Source: Basidiobolus meristosporus CBS 931.73 (Eukaryota; Fungi; Basidiobolomycota). Taken from it: a stretch of 64,000 nt of DNA. A program made the position numbers and the translations under genes. The notes below the pieces were generated by a model. The model searched no databases, was not told the origin of the DNA, and was given only the letters and a program-made list of their open reading frames with translations. The DNA lies in assembly GCA_002104905.1 (NCBI GenBank), contig MCFE01000275.1, positions 41,678 to 105,677 on the forward strand, read 5' to 3'. Positions 28,114 through 40,470 of the stretch are shown piece by piece. Position 1 is the first letter of the stretch, and every line of letters starts with the position of its first letter.

Positions 28114-30330
28114 ATGTTCAAACGTTTCACCCTATTTCCTGAGAGGTCAATCCCTTCACTGTTGCTGAAGAAACGTTCTGACCAGAAAAACATCGCCACC
28201 CAATCCCCACTCATCCTCACCCGAACCGAGATCCCCCATAATGCAGTCGAGAATTCTAACCTCGGCTTCAATAGTTCGGTGATTGCCAGCTTTCAGAAAG
28301 CCCTGGTACAGAGAAACGCGGACGCAGCCTGGAATGCCTTCAAATACATGATGGACAACCAGCTCGAAAGCAAGCTCACCGCAAACCAGTTGTCCCGTTT
28401 GCTTCAGCTATTGAACGGGTTCAAGGGCAAGTCCGGGGAGATCCAGCATCGCTGTGCGCAGGTTGTCTTTTGTATAGACCAGTTGGACGCCAAGAAGATG
28501 TTCAAGAATGCCCGGGACTACTCTCCTTTGGTCTCGCACTACGCGAAGCACGGTCAAGTCGTCGAAGCGAAATCCCTTATCCTCGAAATGATCGACAGGG
28601 GCGTTCAACCGGATGCCGTTATCTACAATGACCTTATCAACGCAACCGGCAAGATCAACCCCGAGCAGGCGTTTTCCGTGTACGACGCCATGTTGCAGCA
28701 GAACATCGCCCCCACCAACGTCACGTTCAATATCCTGCTCAACATCTGCAAGCGCCAGCGGAAATTGGATTACGCGGCCCGAGTGCACAAGGCCCTTAGA
28801 AATTCCAATGTTCGCCCGGACAGCTCGGCCTACAACATCCTCATTGACATCTACTCCAAGTACAACCGACTGGACCAGGCCATCCTCACCTATGACGAGA
28901 TGATCGCCAAGAATGTCACCCCGGACACCGTCACGTACAACACCCTGCTGAACGCTTTCGCCAAGAAAAGCGCCATGGACGGCGTGGACAAGATGTTCGA
29001 AACGATGCTGAGCCGTAACGTCGAACCCAACGTGGTCACATTCAGCATTCTCATCGACGCCTATGCGAAGAACCAGGATATCGACAGCGCCATGAAGATC
29101 TACGAGGAGATGCTGCGTCGCAACATTTCGCCAGACACTCTGATCTACAACACCCTTATCAACGGACATGCGAAGAACTCCAACATCGAGCAGGCAATGA
29201 TCCTTCACCGCGAGATGCAGGGTCGCCAGCTCCCTCGCAACATCGTCACCTATAACACTCTGATCAATCTCCATCTCAAGCAGGGCGACTTCGACCAAGC
29301 GATGTGTCTTTTCAACGAGATGGCCATGGGCAATACCCCTCCCGATGTAATCACTCTGAACACCATCATCAATGCGTACGTACGCAACTCCAAGCTCGAC
29401 GAGGCCACCAGGTTCTTGGATAATTTCGCACGGTTCCACATCCGACCGGATACGATCACCTACAACACTCTCATCAACGGCCACGTCAAGAGCTCCCAGC
29501 TCGACCATGCGGTCCGACTCTTCCGAGAGATGCAGGCCCGAAACCTTTGTGACATCGTGTCCTACAACACTCTCATCAATGCCTTCGCCAAGCAACTCAA
29601 CCTCGAGGGAATGAGGGAGATTTACCATGACATGCTTGCGCGCAAGGTATCTCCCGACGTGATCACCTTCAACACCATGTTGAACGCGTACTTTGAGAGT
29701 CGCTCCCTCGACAAGTGCGAGGAGTTCCTCAAGGAGATGAGCTACTCGCGTGTCTACCCCAACATCAATACCTACAACACTCTGATCAATGGGTATTCGA
29801 AGAACGGAGACATCCCCCGCGCGCTGGAGATCTACCACGAAGTCCAGGTGCGTGGGATCCGAGCCAACGCCACCACCTACGGGATCCTCATGAACTGCTA
29901 CAATCTTTCGGGCGAACTTGAGAAGGTGTTCGAGATCTGGGAGCAGGTGAAGAGACAGTTCCCGGACAAGGAGAAGCTAGCTGGACCGCTCTCCATCCTT
30001 CTGGATTCCTGTGGCTACAACGCCGACCAACATCGCCTTAGCAGCCTGTGGAAGGAGCTGGTGGCTACCAACCACCCGCTCACCGAGAACAACTTCAACT
30101 CCTACTTGGAGGCGTTGTGCCGCTGCGGCAACTACGCCGAAGCCACCCGCGCGTTCACCCACGAGATGAAGGCGCTCAACATCCAGCCGACATTAAAATC
30201 CTGGAGAACTCTGTACACCGAGCTCAAGAACAGATACCCAGCAGGGATCGAGGAGATGTCGGTGTTCATCGAAAAGGAGCACCCGAAGCTCTACCCCGAA
30301 TTCAAGGCCTCTTTGGAAGAAGACTTGTAA
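28114..30330 (+). CDS. Pentatricopeptide repeat (PPR) protein, 738 aa, about 16 P-type repeats
   Basis: Tandem 35-aa repeats such as DTVTYNTLLNAFAKKSAMDGVDKMFETMLSRNVEP. Intronless; basic N-terminus compatible with mitochondrial targeting (inference). Confidence 0.95.
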   Translation: MFKRFTLFPERSIPSLLLKKRSDQKNIATQSPLILTRTEIPHNAVENSNLGFNSSVIASFQKALVQRNADAAWNAFKYMMDNQLESKLTANQLSRLLQLLNGFKGKSGEIQHRCAQVVFCIDQLDAKKMFKNARDYSPLVSHYAKHGQVVEAKSLILEMIDRGVQPDAVIYNDLINATGKINPEQAFSVYDAMLQQNIAPTNVTFNILLNICKRQRKLDYAARVHKALRNSNVRPDSSAYNILIDIYSKYNRLDQAILTYDEMIAKNVTPDTVTYNTLLNAFAKKSAMDGVDKMFETMLSRNVEPNVVTFSILIDAYAKNQDIDSAMKIYEEMLRRNISPDTLIYNTLINGHAKNSNIEQAMILHREMQGRQLPRNIVTYNTLINLHLKQGDFDQAMCLFNEMAMGNTPPDVITLNTIINAYVRNSKLDEATRFLDNFARFHIRPDTITYNTLINGHVKSSQLDHAVRLFREMQARNLCDIVSYNTLINAFAKQLNLEGMREIYHDMLARKVSPDVITFNTMLNAYFESRSLDKCEEFLKEMSYSRVYPNINTYNTLINGYSKNGDIPRALEIYHEVQVRGIRANATTYGILMNCYNLSGELEKVFEIWEQVKRQFPDKEKLAGPLSILLDSCGYNADQHRLSSLWKELVATNHPLTENNFNSYLEALCRCGNYAEATRAFTHEMKALNIQPTLKSWRTLYTELKNRYPAGIEEMSVFIEKEHPKLYPEFKASLEEDL

Positions 30331-30737
30331 CCACACTGCACCACCCCGGCCACCACCACCAATGCCAACGACTACACCACGCCGCACCATCCCCTTCAAC
30401 GAAACATCATTTTAATTCATGTAACTCTTAGAACTTTCTCATCCAACTTGCTTTTGTATTTCCCAACCTTACTCAGTCCCGTATCTCGCTCGGATTACTC
30501 ATTCCAGTGACTGCGCGTGGCCTTCCTCCCAGCAAGCGGACCGCGCCCCGTCATCTCATGTCAAATAATTTGTAAATCGTACTTGATATTGCGAATCACG
30601 TCTACAATAAAACCTTCGTTTGCAACCCGACAAGCCAGGCCACTGGACAGTTTTCACGTCCTTTATTCTAAGTATGGTATACATCGGTTGTGCGGAGGGG
30701 GAGAGGGGCTGGGCGGGGCGAGGAGGGCGCAAGGAGT

Positions 30738-31628
30738 TTAATGCTTTTTCGCGAAGTACTCGGGGAGGATGTAGTGGAGCTTATCCGATTGGCACAGCTC
30801 GAGCGGGGTCATGATGCCGTACTTCATGCCGCCTGCGACACCCTCGGTGATGGTACCGTTGTGGATGGCCTCCTCGAGTGGCTCCAGGATGGCGAGCAAC
30901 AGTTTCTTGGCGTTGGCGGCGTTGGTCACCATGGTCTTCATGACCGCGTCGGCGGTCACCGCCTCCTCGGACTCCCTCCAGCAATCGTAGTCGGTGGACA
31001 TGCAGATCATTTGGTACGAGATCTCGGCCTCACGAGCCAACTTCGCCTCGGGTAAGGCGGACATGTTGATGACTCCTCCCCCCCAGGAGCGGTACAAGTT
31101 CGACTCGGCTCGGGTGGAGAAGGCTGGCCCCTCCATGCACACCAGGAGCTTGTCTTTGTGGATGGTCAGCTCTTCCACTGCCTCGCCGTATTTGGCGATG
31201 ATCTTGGCGGCGGGTGGGCAGAAGGGGTCGGCGAATGCGGCGTGACCGATGATTCCTTCTCCCTCGAAGAAGGTGGAGGGTCTGATGCCCTTGGTGCGGT
31301 CAATAATCTGGTCGGGAAGAACGAAGTGGGTGGGCTCGAGCTCTTCTTGGAGGGAGCCGACGGCGGAGAAGGCGATGATGAGCTTGACCCCCAGGCTTTT
31401 CAGGGCGGCGATGTTGGCCTTGCTCGGAACCTCGGAGGGGCTGAACTGGTGGTGGGTGCCGTGTCGAGCTAGGAAGGCGATTCTCAAGCCGCTTGGAATC
31501 TTACCGATGATGATTTTGGAGGAGGGAAGGCCCCAGGGGGTTTCCGGTTGCACCTCTTCGATGATTTCCAAGGCGTCCAGGTTGTAAAGCCCGGAACCAC
31601 CGATAACTGCGATGTTGACTGGGTGCAT
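30738..31628 (-). CDS. MEU1: S-methyl-5'-thioadenosine phosphorylase (MTAP)
   Basis: IAVIGGSG, ETPWGLPS, FLARHG, NIAALK, SAVGSL, DQIIDRT, EGPAFSTRAES, NMSALPEAKLAREAEI, TDYDCW. Start taken at MHPVN (31628). Confidence 0.95.
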   Translation of the reverse strand: MHPVNIAVIGGSGLYNLDALEIIEEVQPETPWGLPSSKIIIGKIPSGLRIAFLARHGTHHQFSPSEVPSKANIAALKSLGVKLIIAFSAVGSLQEELEPTHFVLPDQIIDRTKGIRPSTFFEGEGIIGHAAFADPFCPPAAKIIAKYGEAVEELTIHKDKLLVCMEGPAFSTRAESNLYRSWGGGVINMSALPEAKLAREAEISYQMICMSTDYDCWRESEEAVTADAVMKTMVTNAANAKKLLLAILEPLEEAIHNGTITEGVAGGMKYGIMTPLELCQSDKLHYILPEYFAKKH

Positions 31629-32199
31629 AGCTGAGAGAGGAGATGGACGGAGGGTTGTCTGTGGAGTGGTGCGGTTTATTTGAAGCCCTTGAGCCATTCT
31701 TATTTTCGATCGGGGTTCCTGATGTTGGGGAACGGTGCTCATTAGTGTATGCGTGTCAATAAGACACACCCATATCGGGCCAATCACTGGCTCCTTTCCT
31801 TGGTTGAACCAAGTGAAACTGCCCACCAGGCTGATGAACAAGGGTGCTGGGAAATTTGGGAATTCTCCCTGAAGCACGATGTGCAACGGCTCTCAGAATC
31901 AGGGCCGTGGCCAGTAGCTGGAGCCCGCGAGGTGTAACATTGGGCATTGCTCTGATTGCGGGCTAACACCAAGTGATTTCGATGTATGGGGAAACATGGA
32001 GTTAGGGTTGATCCAGCTCCCTATTTGTCCAAGGATAGTCACCCGTCCCACCCGTCTGCTTGGGTTTTGGGTGGATTGCCTGGAGCCAACCCCGAGCCCG
32101 GAAACCCAGGGCTCATGGTTGGTGGAAATTGGTGGACATGGGTTGGTGGTTGCACCTTCTCTCCCACATCCGGTTTGATCCTTCTTGAGGATTGACACC

Positions 32200-32420
32200 C
32201 ATCGTCCAAAATGGTAGGTTGCGCATCATCCGGCTTGTTGTGGAGTTGCCCCTGCTATCCCACCAGCGCTCCGATGCTTGGTCCAATCCCGCTGTCAAGG
32301 TTCAGACCCAGGAGCTCGTTTCTCTTGGACCGCAGGCCATTGAGGTTGAATGTAGTCGCCCCTTTCTACGATACCTGCGGTTATTTGACCGGGCGGCCAC
32401 CAAGTTGTGATCCACGTCAC
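32200..32420 (-). mobile_element. Possible degenerate LINE endonuclease N-terminal remnant
   Basis: Minus-strand TFNLNGLRSKRNELL resembles APE motif I of LINE ORF2; downstream sequence is decayed. Confidence 0.3.
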
Positions 32421-33039
32421 CGGGGCTGTGAAGGCCATGGCTGATCATGAGGGGTCTCCCCCAAATGCTCCAATGCTCAGTGTCCCGGCTCGCCAGGAAA
32501 AGGAATCCGGTGCTACCGGCGACATCAGGCCCAAATCCCCCGGTCCTGGTGCTTGGCCTGTTCTTACAAGAGCTGGTACAAGAGTAGGCCGCATTAAGGA
32601 TGTCCTATTCTCATTGATAGTTCTCGTATAGTTGAACCCAGCGCCATAACTATTCTTTGTTTGGCAAGAGACGGGCGAGAAAATGGGGGATAATTTTAAG
32701 GAGCGTTCACGAATCTTCTCGGGTACAGGTAAGCTTTTCAATCAAGCCGGTGGTCAGCCCGACTGCAAAGATACGCTTATCCTATGCGATGGATAAGATC
32801 CAATTCTTCGGGAGACCGGCTCTTGGTGTTTGAGCAATGATCGCATCGGAACTCTGGTTGGTCAGAGGTAGACAAGTACCCTCGGAGCCATACTGAACAT
32901 GAACCTTACCAAGAGCAAGCCTATCTACTCTTTGGTGTAGATGCAAGAATAGCCATAGTATATTTCTAAACATCGAATGATCTCCTATTCGGCCACCTAA
33001 TTAACTTAATGCGCTGATCATCTTGGCATTGGATGGCTC

Positions 33040-33490
33040 CTCCATGCTTTTGCTTTGGATCCACCAGTGGCGGATGCTTCATCCCGGGGATTGGTAGAGG
33101 AGCTTCTTCTGTTTTACAGAACGGAAACATGTTTAACACTTCGGTTGCTATATGCTGGCAAGTTTCCGACACCAATGGGGAGGGATGGTGGTGGATGTGG
33201 AGTTATCCTTGTGATATTGTTGAGTGGAATGGGGTAGAGTGAGCCGATAGCAAATGTGGTGGGGAAAGGCGGCGCTGTTGTCAGCAAGGAATTTGAGGTT
33301 GATGAGCAACCTTCAATGCTCACCATCCTTTTGCCCCACTTCATTTCGTTCTGCATCACGCCGCAGATCGCCTCCAGTTACCTTCTTCTTTGTTGCGCCG
33401 TTGTTACTGAGTATCCTGAGGGCGGGGATGTCCTTTCCGAGGGTGGTCTTGCCAATGGAAGAAACAAGGGTCACCATGTCGTTTCTGGGC
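33040..33490 (-). pseudogene. Deleted relic of a third M14 carboxypeptidase paralog
   Basis: VTLVSSIGKTTLGKDIPALRILSNNGATKKK, then a jump into sequence alignable with the 333-nt intron, then gctcctctaccaatccccg from exon 2; internal deletions. Confidence 0.85.
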
Positions 33491-34248
33491 GTGGCTATGA
33501 TGCCTTCCCCATGGGTCGGGATGACACGAGTTATAGGCTTCGGCGATGTTGATATTTCCAGGACTAGCAAAACTCGTAGCGAGGGAATGCTTACCATTTC
33601 TTTATAACGCAAAATGCCTCTCTAACCCAGAAAGGAAACCGTAGTAATAGCGCCTCTAGTGGTGCCCATGTTGGCAAGCTGGTGTAACGAATTATTGTTT
33701 GATCAAGTAGGATTCACGATGGAGGCATGTTTGCACAGTTACAAATTATTCATCTGGAGGTAAATCACATGAAATCCGCTCTAAATATGTGTATACATAT
33801 ATCATTAACCAGAGTGAAGCCTGAATCTCGAGAACACACTGAAATTCTGGAATTCAACCAACTAGCAAGTAAACCACCAGGTCAGATCTTCGATATTCCC
33901 ATCTACCGTTGAGTTCCCCTACACTGCCATCTGTACCCATATAGGAACGGTCCCAACGTGCGCGTCTCCGAAGTAACTAACGAGATGATTGGCCCATTTG
34001 ATTCCACGCTTAGTGGCAATGAATCGAGTATGAAGCGACAATATTCCAATGTAACATTGCTTGGACACAAGTAAGTCCCAAGAAAAAGGGCTCGGTTTCA
34101 AAAACTTTCATACAGCACCGCGACACATGGTGAAACTTGGGTTCTAGGGAACTGGTATTTCGGGGTTCTCGTATATTAACATTTATCAAGCATTGAAGAT
34201 GAACATGTGGAATGTAGGTCCGTGAAAGGTAAGATGGAGTGGTGATAC

Positions 34249-34692
34249 TTATGCTGAAGCCAACTGCTTCGCTAATTGCTTTTCCAGAGCGAATACTCTT
34301 AAGCATTCTCGCTCCGAGAACACTTTCCAAGAGGGTTCCTTCTTCTTGAAAAGGAAGCCAGTAGACCTGCTTCCGACCGAAGGGTGTTGCTGGGGATATA
34401 TGGTACAGTTGGTACGGGGTTTCCCCGTTGCAAATTTGGCAGCTTTAGCGGCCTGCCTATTTACTACAACCGGCGTGTCTTTTGCCAAGGGATACTCTTG
34501 GTAAGAGAAGGTGGTCATAGGTATGACCACTTTGGGATCGACCAGTGTGCCTTTCTGAAAATCCGACGTGCAAGTGCTGAAGGTGAACTCGCGACTTACC
34601 AAAGAAGCTACATATTGGGATACCTCATCAGACTCAACCTCTCTCTCCGTCGTTTGTACAGCAGAAAAGAATAGGTTGTAGGGGTTTACCAT
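34249..34692 (-). CDS. Hypothetical protein, 147 aa, unrecognised
   Basis: ATG-initiated open frame only; no motif recognised. Confidence 0.25.
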   Translation of the reverse strand: MVNPYNLFFSAVQTTEREVESDEVSQYVASLVSREFTFSTCTSDFQKGTLVDPKVVIPMTTFSYQEYPLAKDTPVVVNRQAAKAAKFATGKPRTNCTIYPQQHPSVGSRSTGFLFKKKEPSWKVFSERECLRVFALEKQLAKQLASA

Positions 34693-37600
34693 ATCGTCAA
34701 ATAGGTGTACTTGATGGGAAAGTAATCGATTACTGTCTCAAAGATTACAGTAAAGAATACATTCAGGTGTATTGGAGATGCAATGCAGTAAACTGGCCAT
34801 TTCTCAACGGAGGATTGTTATAAGAGGCGGTATGAAGGGAAAATCCGGAAGGGCAGCGAAATGTTTCAAGAAAGCTTACGATCCGATTGCTCAGCATATG
34901 ATGGATGATTCACCATAATCAGACCATGCTATACACATGTGAATATACTCACCAATCAAACAGCAATACATAGCTCAAGCGGATGACTAGATCTGATTCT
35001 ACCAAAGGCTGAATCAACTCTGGTTGATGTTACCTCACAGCCAAGTCGAATCAGCATGTGCGATCCGATATTAGAGGCTGAAGGAGCACTTTGCCACACT
35101 GGAGCCGATTTTTCAATGGATGTTCTATACGATCTAATCTCATCTCGCCTGTTACGTCACTGACACCTAGGTCAGGATCACCAACCGCTGAATCAAGATC
35201 TCCATGGAGCTGGCTTAATTGGCTGTAGGTATGCTACCCTTTCCACTTCAAGTAGTGAAGGGCATATTCTGGCGACCAGCACCGTTAGTAAGGTCTGGCT
35301 GCAGTGGCTCATACATACTGAGTTTACACCCGGTTCCTTGTTTCATGAGAGACTTGCCATCAGAGAGAAGCAATACTCCCCTCAACATCCGCCTGGGAAA
35401 TCATGGCCAAACATAAGCAGCGCATGCTGAATACGGTTAATAGCAGTCGAGGTAAAGCAGCGTATTGACATGATGTGAAATGCCAGAGTAATACTGAGAT
35501 CTCAGTTGCCAATGATTGAAGCCAAGGCAACTAGACGGGGGATTCCCTGGTTTATCGGCTGTTTGCATTGTCATATCTATTACAGTCCAGCTTGCCACCA
35601 CCATTAGTAAAGGATTCTTCCAGCTCCATCGACCTGATTGGTTACCTAACTGCCACCCGTGACAATTCAGCTTGCACAATGGACTTGGGCGAGATATTGT
35701 CTTTAATATTACCAAGAGCAATTTGGATCACATGTGTTCCAGGGTATCTCGTCGGTCAACATTCTAGTCAGCCATTGATGAGTCATGAAATCTAGATGGT
35801 TGGGAGAGGTCGGAATGTAAGAATACTACGTCCGAGGATGCTTGGTCTAAACTCCAATCATCAAGAGCATTGGGCCTCCCCAGCATTCAACAGTACTTGA
35901 TACATCTCCACTTTTGTTAGTCTGAAGATGGTGATATTATCCATGGAATGCTTTCAACTGCCTCACCATCAGTGGCCACCCACAGTCATGCGAGCATCAA
36001 CTCCAACCTCAAGTCTACAGTGTCATTGTACCACCAGTCCGGTTTGGAAAACGCCTGATTGTCGTGGCAGACACAGCTCTCCTTACTCAATCCGCAACCA
36101 CATGATATTCATCCGAATCGATTCAAGTAATATCGTGGTTTATATGATGCAGCAACCGGATCCCAGATGACCTCTAATTTCATTTCGGAAAATATGCGAA
36201 TCAATGCCGCTTCATAGGGGAGCTGCAATCCCCGAGCGCAAGATAAATCGAGAGCATTAAATTCCCTATAATACACAGGCTTTCTTGTGCAACAGGATCG
36301 CCAGCGATCCAGAAGAGGAAGGGTGCCTCAAGAAATACATCCCACAAATGGACGTATGAGTACCACTCGATGATAATACCCTAGGCAGGAGTCTTTTTAC
36401 AAATACAGCATATGCTGCATCGGAGGCTAGATCAGAGTTATCCTCAAGGGGTGTTGCTAGTATAGCCACCTGGCCCTCAGACAACCTATGTGGTGGTGAC
36501 CCGCCCTTACTCAGGTTTAGAAACCATTATTATCAGTGTTATTGTGATAGGCGTAATGCCTGGATTGTGACATTGAAACACTGGGTCACATGTAAAACAG
36601 CCTTGGGCAAATGATTCAAATCGTTGGGATGCATCATTAAACGGCACCAATACAGAGCGCGTTCCAAACGCTAGATTCCTGGGCTGTTACTTGGCCGTAA
36701 GGGCTGACGGTTAGTGATGCGCTACCCACCCGATGCAAAGCTATTAATACAAGGTATTGGGCCAATTGACCTTTGTTTACATATTAGCCTAGATTTATGC
36801 TTAAGATACGCGTTATATGAATCTTTGGACCTGATCATCAACAACAATACTGGCGATCAATGAGAGATATGATCCGTGTTTTTTTCGATCCTTGGCAGGT
36901 CGTGAATGTAGCCTGAGCTACCATTGCCAAATGACACCATCATTAGAGTCAGAAGCGTGGTTGGCTATCTGATTCGTCAACAGGCGAGACGTCAACCCGA
37001 CCAGGATCCCAATGTATTTTATTATCCACCATCAGACAAAGATAGTAATCCGCCTCGGTGCAGTCTGGACGATTGGAGGCCAGCAATGAAATAGCACAAC
37101 CCAACTTCACATACACCATTGCTGTTGACGTTTCCGAGCCAACCAAGCCGTGTCACTGGATTTCCACCACGATCCTGCCACTTATTCCTGATGGCTATTA
37201 CGTATCTAATACCATCCCAGTTCGCGTACAACCAGGCACAAAGTTAGCGCGTGGTGCATGAATACCCCCTCATTAATGCTATCCAGGTTAGTGCGCAGAT
37301 TACAGAGAGCTACCAGCTATTGCTTCATATCGAGGATGGCTTAATAGAACTAGGAAACACGAAACACTCAGGCGGATGCCGCTTAGTACATTGCATCACC
37401 CATACCAGCCGTTCAGTCTTTCTCCCACTTTACCAATGTCAAACAAGCCCCCGGCTAATCATGGAAGCTTCTCCCAATCTACTATGCGCCACCTCAGAAG
37501 AAGCTCACATTTTTAGATGACAAATACGGCCCGGAAGTCGAGATAAATATGGGAAATGGAAGCGGGCATTAGCGAAAGTATGGGCTGAGTCTGATCCGGA

Positions 37601-37923
37601 GCAATGGAGGCTACCACACTTTTACACCCTTAAAAGAAATGCGCTTTCAACACAAAAACCATGGTAAACGCTGGAATGGGATAGGTTTTCAACTGACAAG
37701 CCAGTGAAATGCAACTGGTATGACAGGTTCTATAGTCCCAACCAATGGATTCATGCAGATCATTTACTGGTATTTTTATCCTAAACTTGGTTGTGCCTTA
37801 TAACATTAATAATTGGAAACTTTACTACATCGTGTCAATTATAGTCCCTCTTGAAACAAACCGTAGATATAAAAAGAGGCCCTTTCCTGCTGCTATCGCA
37901 ACTTACACCTGACTGATCTCATC

Positions 37924-38928
37924 ATGTCCACCCCTAAACCCAAAGTATTTATCATTCTTTACAGCTTGTATGGACATGTGTACAAGATGGCTGAGGCAGT
38001 TAAAGAAGGTCTTGAGAGCGCTGGTGGGGTCGAGGTTTCCATCTACCAGGTTGCTGAGACCCTTTCTGCTGAAGGTACGAATTATTAACGAAGTAATGTG
38101 GGTTCACTGGTTAATCGTCTCTATGTAGTGTTGGAGAAGATGCACGCGCCGCCAAAGCCAGATATCCCAGTCATCACTCCTGATAAGTTACCCGAAGCGG
38201 ACGCCTTTTTCTTTGGTATACCGTAAGTTACTTCTTACTCTCCTGCGACCATCATTCTGGGCTAATGTGACTACTCAGCACCCGCTACGGCTCAATGCCT
38301 GGTCAAGTGCAAGCGTTCTGGGATGCCACAGGTTCCCTATGGATGAGGTGAGTTGAAAGCCAGATCATGTAATCGGGCATTCAATAACCAACCGTTTGAT
38401 AGTGGCGCGCTGAGGAACAAATTTGCCAGTGTGTTCTTTTCCACCGCGGGGCAGCATGGTGGCCAGGAAACTACTGCGTTAACTTTCATGACCACTTTGG
38501 TGCATCATGGAATGATCTTCGTCCCAAATGGTTTTGCTTCACCTCACTTATCAGACAATTCCGAGATTGTGGGCGGTAGCGCTTGGGGAGCGGGTACCTT
38601 AGCCGGCCCTGACGGATCCCGTCAACCAACTGCTAAAGAACTCGAGGTTGCTAGGTCACAGGGCCAGAATTTTGCGCAGATAGTTGCCAAATTCCATGAA
38701 ACAGCTCAGTCTCAGCCAGCCTCCACGAATCCGCAACCTACGGCAGCGCCACCCCCTACTTCCACATCAACACAGCCGCCTGCGCCCCAACCCGCTGCCC
38801 AGCCAGCTCCATCCACCCCGACGGCCTCCCCAAGCGCACCGGTGTCTGAAGCGCCCTCCTCGGTAGCTGACTCGAGTACCTCCCAGCCCAACAAGCGAAA
38901 GTCGTTCCTCAAAAAGCTATTCTCTTAA
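37924..38928 (+). CDS. Flavodoxin-like NAD(P)H:quinone oxidoreductase (WrbA/Pst2/Ycp4 family); exons 37924-38074, 38129-38222, 38279-38347, 38403-38928
   Basis: YSLYGHVYKMAE, QVAETL, GIP|TRYG, FFSTAGQHGGQETT, GGSAWGAGTLAGPDGSRQP; three GT-AG introns give a continuous frame. Confidence 0.95.
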
Positions 38929-39486
38929 ACCACCACGGTAGTCGGGATTATTTTATTGCTTCCTCAGTAGAATAATGAGCCTTGTCATAGTATTAATAAG
39001 AATTCGTAAATGCAATTACTAGCAACGACGCGAGACATAAATTGGCTTATACTAGTAGTCAATACATCGTGGAAACCAAGCGTCATATTCTCCCCTAAAT
39101 AAACACGTGCTGATTCAATCGAGTTTTACCCAAACAGATTCGCATGTAGATAACACCCATGATTGATTGGACATTCTCAACCAAGTACGTGTAACATACA
39201 GTGGCCGTCCAAAACCGCGGGATTTGGCAGATGCTTGCGTCATAGAAACTCCTATCCAACGTCACTTGCGCATTCCCCTGATATTGGGTTCCTGGTAGTC
39301 ATGATGGGCTATAAACCTAGAATCCATCAGGGAATGAGCTCGCGGGCACTATGCTTGAGGTCTCCACAGGAAATGCCCAGCTCTTGGCATACTGTGATCA
39401 ATTCCAAAATGATGCAACAGTTTTATTGAATAGGTCAAAAATGAGGGAGCTAGCTCGAGTGGCTGAGGGGCATGAGCCATAGTAAT

Positions 39487-40470
39487 TCAGGCTCCGTTTA
39501 AAGCAAGCGAGATCTTCTTCACTAACGTTCGAAAATGATGGTCTTTGGCTGCTACGGGAAATACCATAAATGCGTGTGGATAGCCACGATAGATGTCCAA
39601 TTCACACGGAACCCCAACTTCCCTCAATTCCTTTGCTAGCACAATCCCATCATCTCGAAGAGGATCCCTGCCGCCTACGACAATATAAGTGGGAGGCAAA
39701 TCTCGCAAATTGTTGGCTAGGAGGATGGAGTAGTATGGGCTGGTGGCATCCTCTTTCCCGTCGTGCAGATAATATCTGATCGATTGATACACTCCGTCAC
39801 GGTTTAAAACATCGCCATCTGCGTAGGTTGACATTGAACGAAGATCGTTCAGGTATTTTTCAGGGTAGTAGTCTGGGTGACAAGTAACTGGCTGAATTGA
39901 TGCGATAAATCTCACTCGTTGGTGGCCTGAGTCAAGATCTTTTAGTGCAACTGCTGCTGATAACGAGCCACCCGCACTTGTTCCTATGGTGGCGATTCTT
40001 GAAGCATCGACATTCAATTCCTTCGCATTTGCTATTGCCCATTCCATAGCATCGTAACAGTCATTCACAGGAATCGGAAACTTGTGTTCAGGTGCAAGAC
40101 GGTAGCCTACGTTTACAACAACAGCTTTGGCACCAACACATATTTCCCAGGCACCTTTATCCTCGGTGTTCAAGTCCCCGGCGTAAAAACCTCCGCCATG
40201 GAATAACATAACCAGAGGGAAGGGCCCATCACTAGTTTCAACATCTGGTGTGTATATTCTGACCTCGATACTGCCATCTCGGACTGGAATGGGTTGTTCC
40301 CTGGTGGTAAACCCGCTCCGATCACTGGTAAGGGCCAGACGATTTGCAGTGGCCAACTTTTCTCTGAAGCTTAGGTGATCCGGGTCGAGGACAGTTGGTG
40401 GTAGGTTTTTACGAAAGGATTCCCATTCATCTGAACTGGCATCTAAATCATGAAGATCAAACTCCGACAT
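39487..40470 (-). CDS. Hormone-sensitive-lipase-like (GDXG) alpha/beta hydrolase
   Basis: HGGG oxyanion motif, YRLAPEHKFP, GTSAGG nucleophile elbow, DPLRDDG, GYPHAF; intronless. An alternative ATG lies at 40521. Confidence 0.93.
   Translation of the reverse strand: MSEFDLHDLDASSDEWESFRKNLPPTVLDPDHLSFREKLATANRLALTSDRSGFTTREQPIPVRDGSIEVRIYTPDVETSDGPFPLVMLFHGGGFYAGDLNTEDKGAWEICVGAKAVVVNVGYRLAPEHKFPIPVNDCYDAMEWAIANAKELNVDASRIATIGTSAGGSLSAAVALKDLDSGHQRVRFIASIQPVTCHPDYYPEKYLNDLRSMSTYADGDVLNRDGVYQSIRYYLHDGKEDATSPYYSILLANNLRDLPPTYIVVGGRDPLRDDGIVLAKELREVGVPCELDIYRGYPHAFMVFPVAAKDHHFRTLVKKISLALNGA

Noticed and set aside
28408-29838. 476-aa antisense ORF, and similar long antisense ORFs over MTAP, the carboxypeptidases and the THO2 tail
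   Set aside because: Shadow frames produced by high GC3 or low-complexity codon usage on the real coding strand; no motifs.
34700-37900. Short ORFs upstream of the quinone reductase
   Set aside because: No motif or consistent frame could be supported by eye.
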